A stretch of DNA of 64,000 nucleotides from Harriotta raleighana (lineage: Eukaryota). The notes under the pieces are model-generated. The model did not search any database and was not told where the DNA came from. It was given only the letters and a program-made list of their open reading frames with translations. A program made the position numbers and the translations under genes. The stretch covers positions 649,083 to 713,082 of the forward strand of contig JBNZDD010013586.1 in assembly GCA_050575255.1 (NCBI GenBank), read 5' to 3'. Positions 62,752 through 64,000 of the stretch are shown piece by piece (the stretch's first letter is position 1; every line of letters begins with the position of its first letter).

Positions 62752-64000
62752 ATGATGGTACTATTTATTGGTACGCACCAACATCATGTTTGCAGAAGTT
62801 CTGTCTGCATTGAATAAGCACTTGCTAAAGTCTGCCACATCTACTTGGCACTATACACTCTTTATTCACACAAAATCTGCAATGCATTACAGGTCAGGAG
62901 TAAATATAATAATATTATTAATGGATGCAGCCTGGAGCTATTAACTACTTCAGAATAGCCTTGCACAAAAAACACTATCCCAGTCACAAACTCGAGAGGA
63001 ATACAAAGTGGAGGCAAACCTTATCTTTTTTTGTTGAATGTTCCTGCCCATTTTACGCCCCCTGATAATTTGACAAAGTGAGAGGGGTTTTTACGATCAA
63101 GCGGGAAGGGCCCAAAATGAAGCCATGAATGTTTCCAATGGGATTACAACAACAACAACAAAATTACACTGGTATCACGCCTTTCACGTCGGGAAGGTGT
63201 CTCAATTTACAGGCTTGGGTGAAACCTTGGGCAAGTATTGTAGATTTGCGATACGAGTCAGGTTATTCAGAGCACAGTTGTGTATACATGTCCTTTATAA
63301 AGTGGGAGGGCATTGTGTTTGTAAAACAAAAAAAAACACTGAACGCCTGTGGTAGGAGTGAACACTGCAGTCGTGGCCTCTTATATTTCCTTGGCAAGCT
63401 CGTTCACAAACATCCATTTATGTCATAGTTACTTCCACTCCCTACCTGTCAGCTTCAGGCAAATTGGAGTAGAATCCAATAAGCAAAACTAGCCATGTGT
63501 ACTTCAATACTACATTTGGCGTTGTACACCCCGCTGTCTAAAGCCATTAGGAAAGATTAAACCCTCACCGGAATATAACCTTTGGAAGCCGTGCAAAATT
63601 CACGTTCACAGTGGTGAGCGCATGATACAAGGGGTTTAAGGTGTCTGTTTGTTTTCCCTAAGGCTTGAACTTCAGTTATGCTGAGAAGTTTTACTATTTC
63701 AATTAATTTTATTTAAGGGTTCCGAGACGCTGTCCGGCATGAAGAACGCTTTATAAATGCAAATGGTTGTTATTATTGAATGTGAGTCAATCTTGTTGGG
63801 GTTCTGTCAACTTCTATCTGGTAGCGAGGAAGTACGCAAAGATGAGCGAAGACGATTCTCTGTCCAACTTTCACCTCATTCCACCAGCCAAAGTGCCCAT
63901 CCCCTACATTGCGTCTCAAATACTGATCACAATAGGAAAAATCAGGGATGAGGAAAGATCATTCACCTGCTCAAACTTGTCAGGGAATATGCGTAAACTC

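Noticed and set aside
190-63951. Most entries in the six-frame ORF track
   Set aside because: They are short chance ORFs in introns and repeats. Only those overlapping PREX1 exons or LINE remnants carry recognisable protein motifs.

Overview
This is vertebrate genomic DNA, not prokaryotic. The window covers most of the 5' half of PREX1 (P-Rex1, the PIP3/Gbeta-gamma-dependent Rac GEF) on the minus strand. I could place 20 consecutive coding exons by eye, equivalent to human exons 2-21 (DH, PH, DEP1, DEP2, PDZ1, PDZ2 and the following linker). All have GT-AG boundaries and compatible phases, giving one continuous reading frame. Exon 1 lies beyond 64000 and exon 22 onward lies below position 1. 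Introns are dense with one tRNA-headed SINE family carrying an L2-type tail, L2 LINE 3' fragments and a CR1 fragment. This repeat set suggests a cartilaginous fish such as elephant shark, which is inference only. Many apparent tandem duplications sit on either side of single 'n' characters and are probably assembly artefacts. I found no convincing new multi-gene system. The best leads are short diverged direct repeats flanking exons (one looks like a microhomology-templated insertion), a nested inverted SINE hairpin, an internally deleted L2, covarying SINE/LINE tail stem-loops and lineage-specific changes in P-Rex1. Human PREX1 comparisons and residue numbers are from memory and need confirming by alignment.
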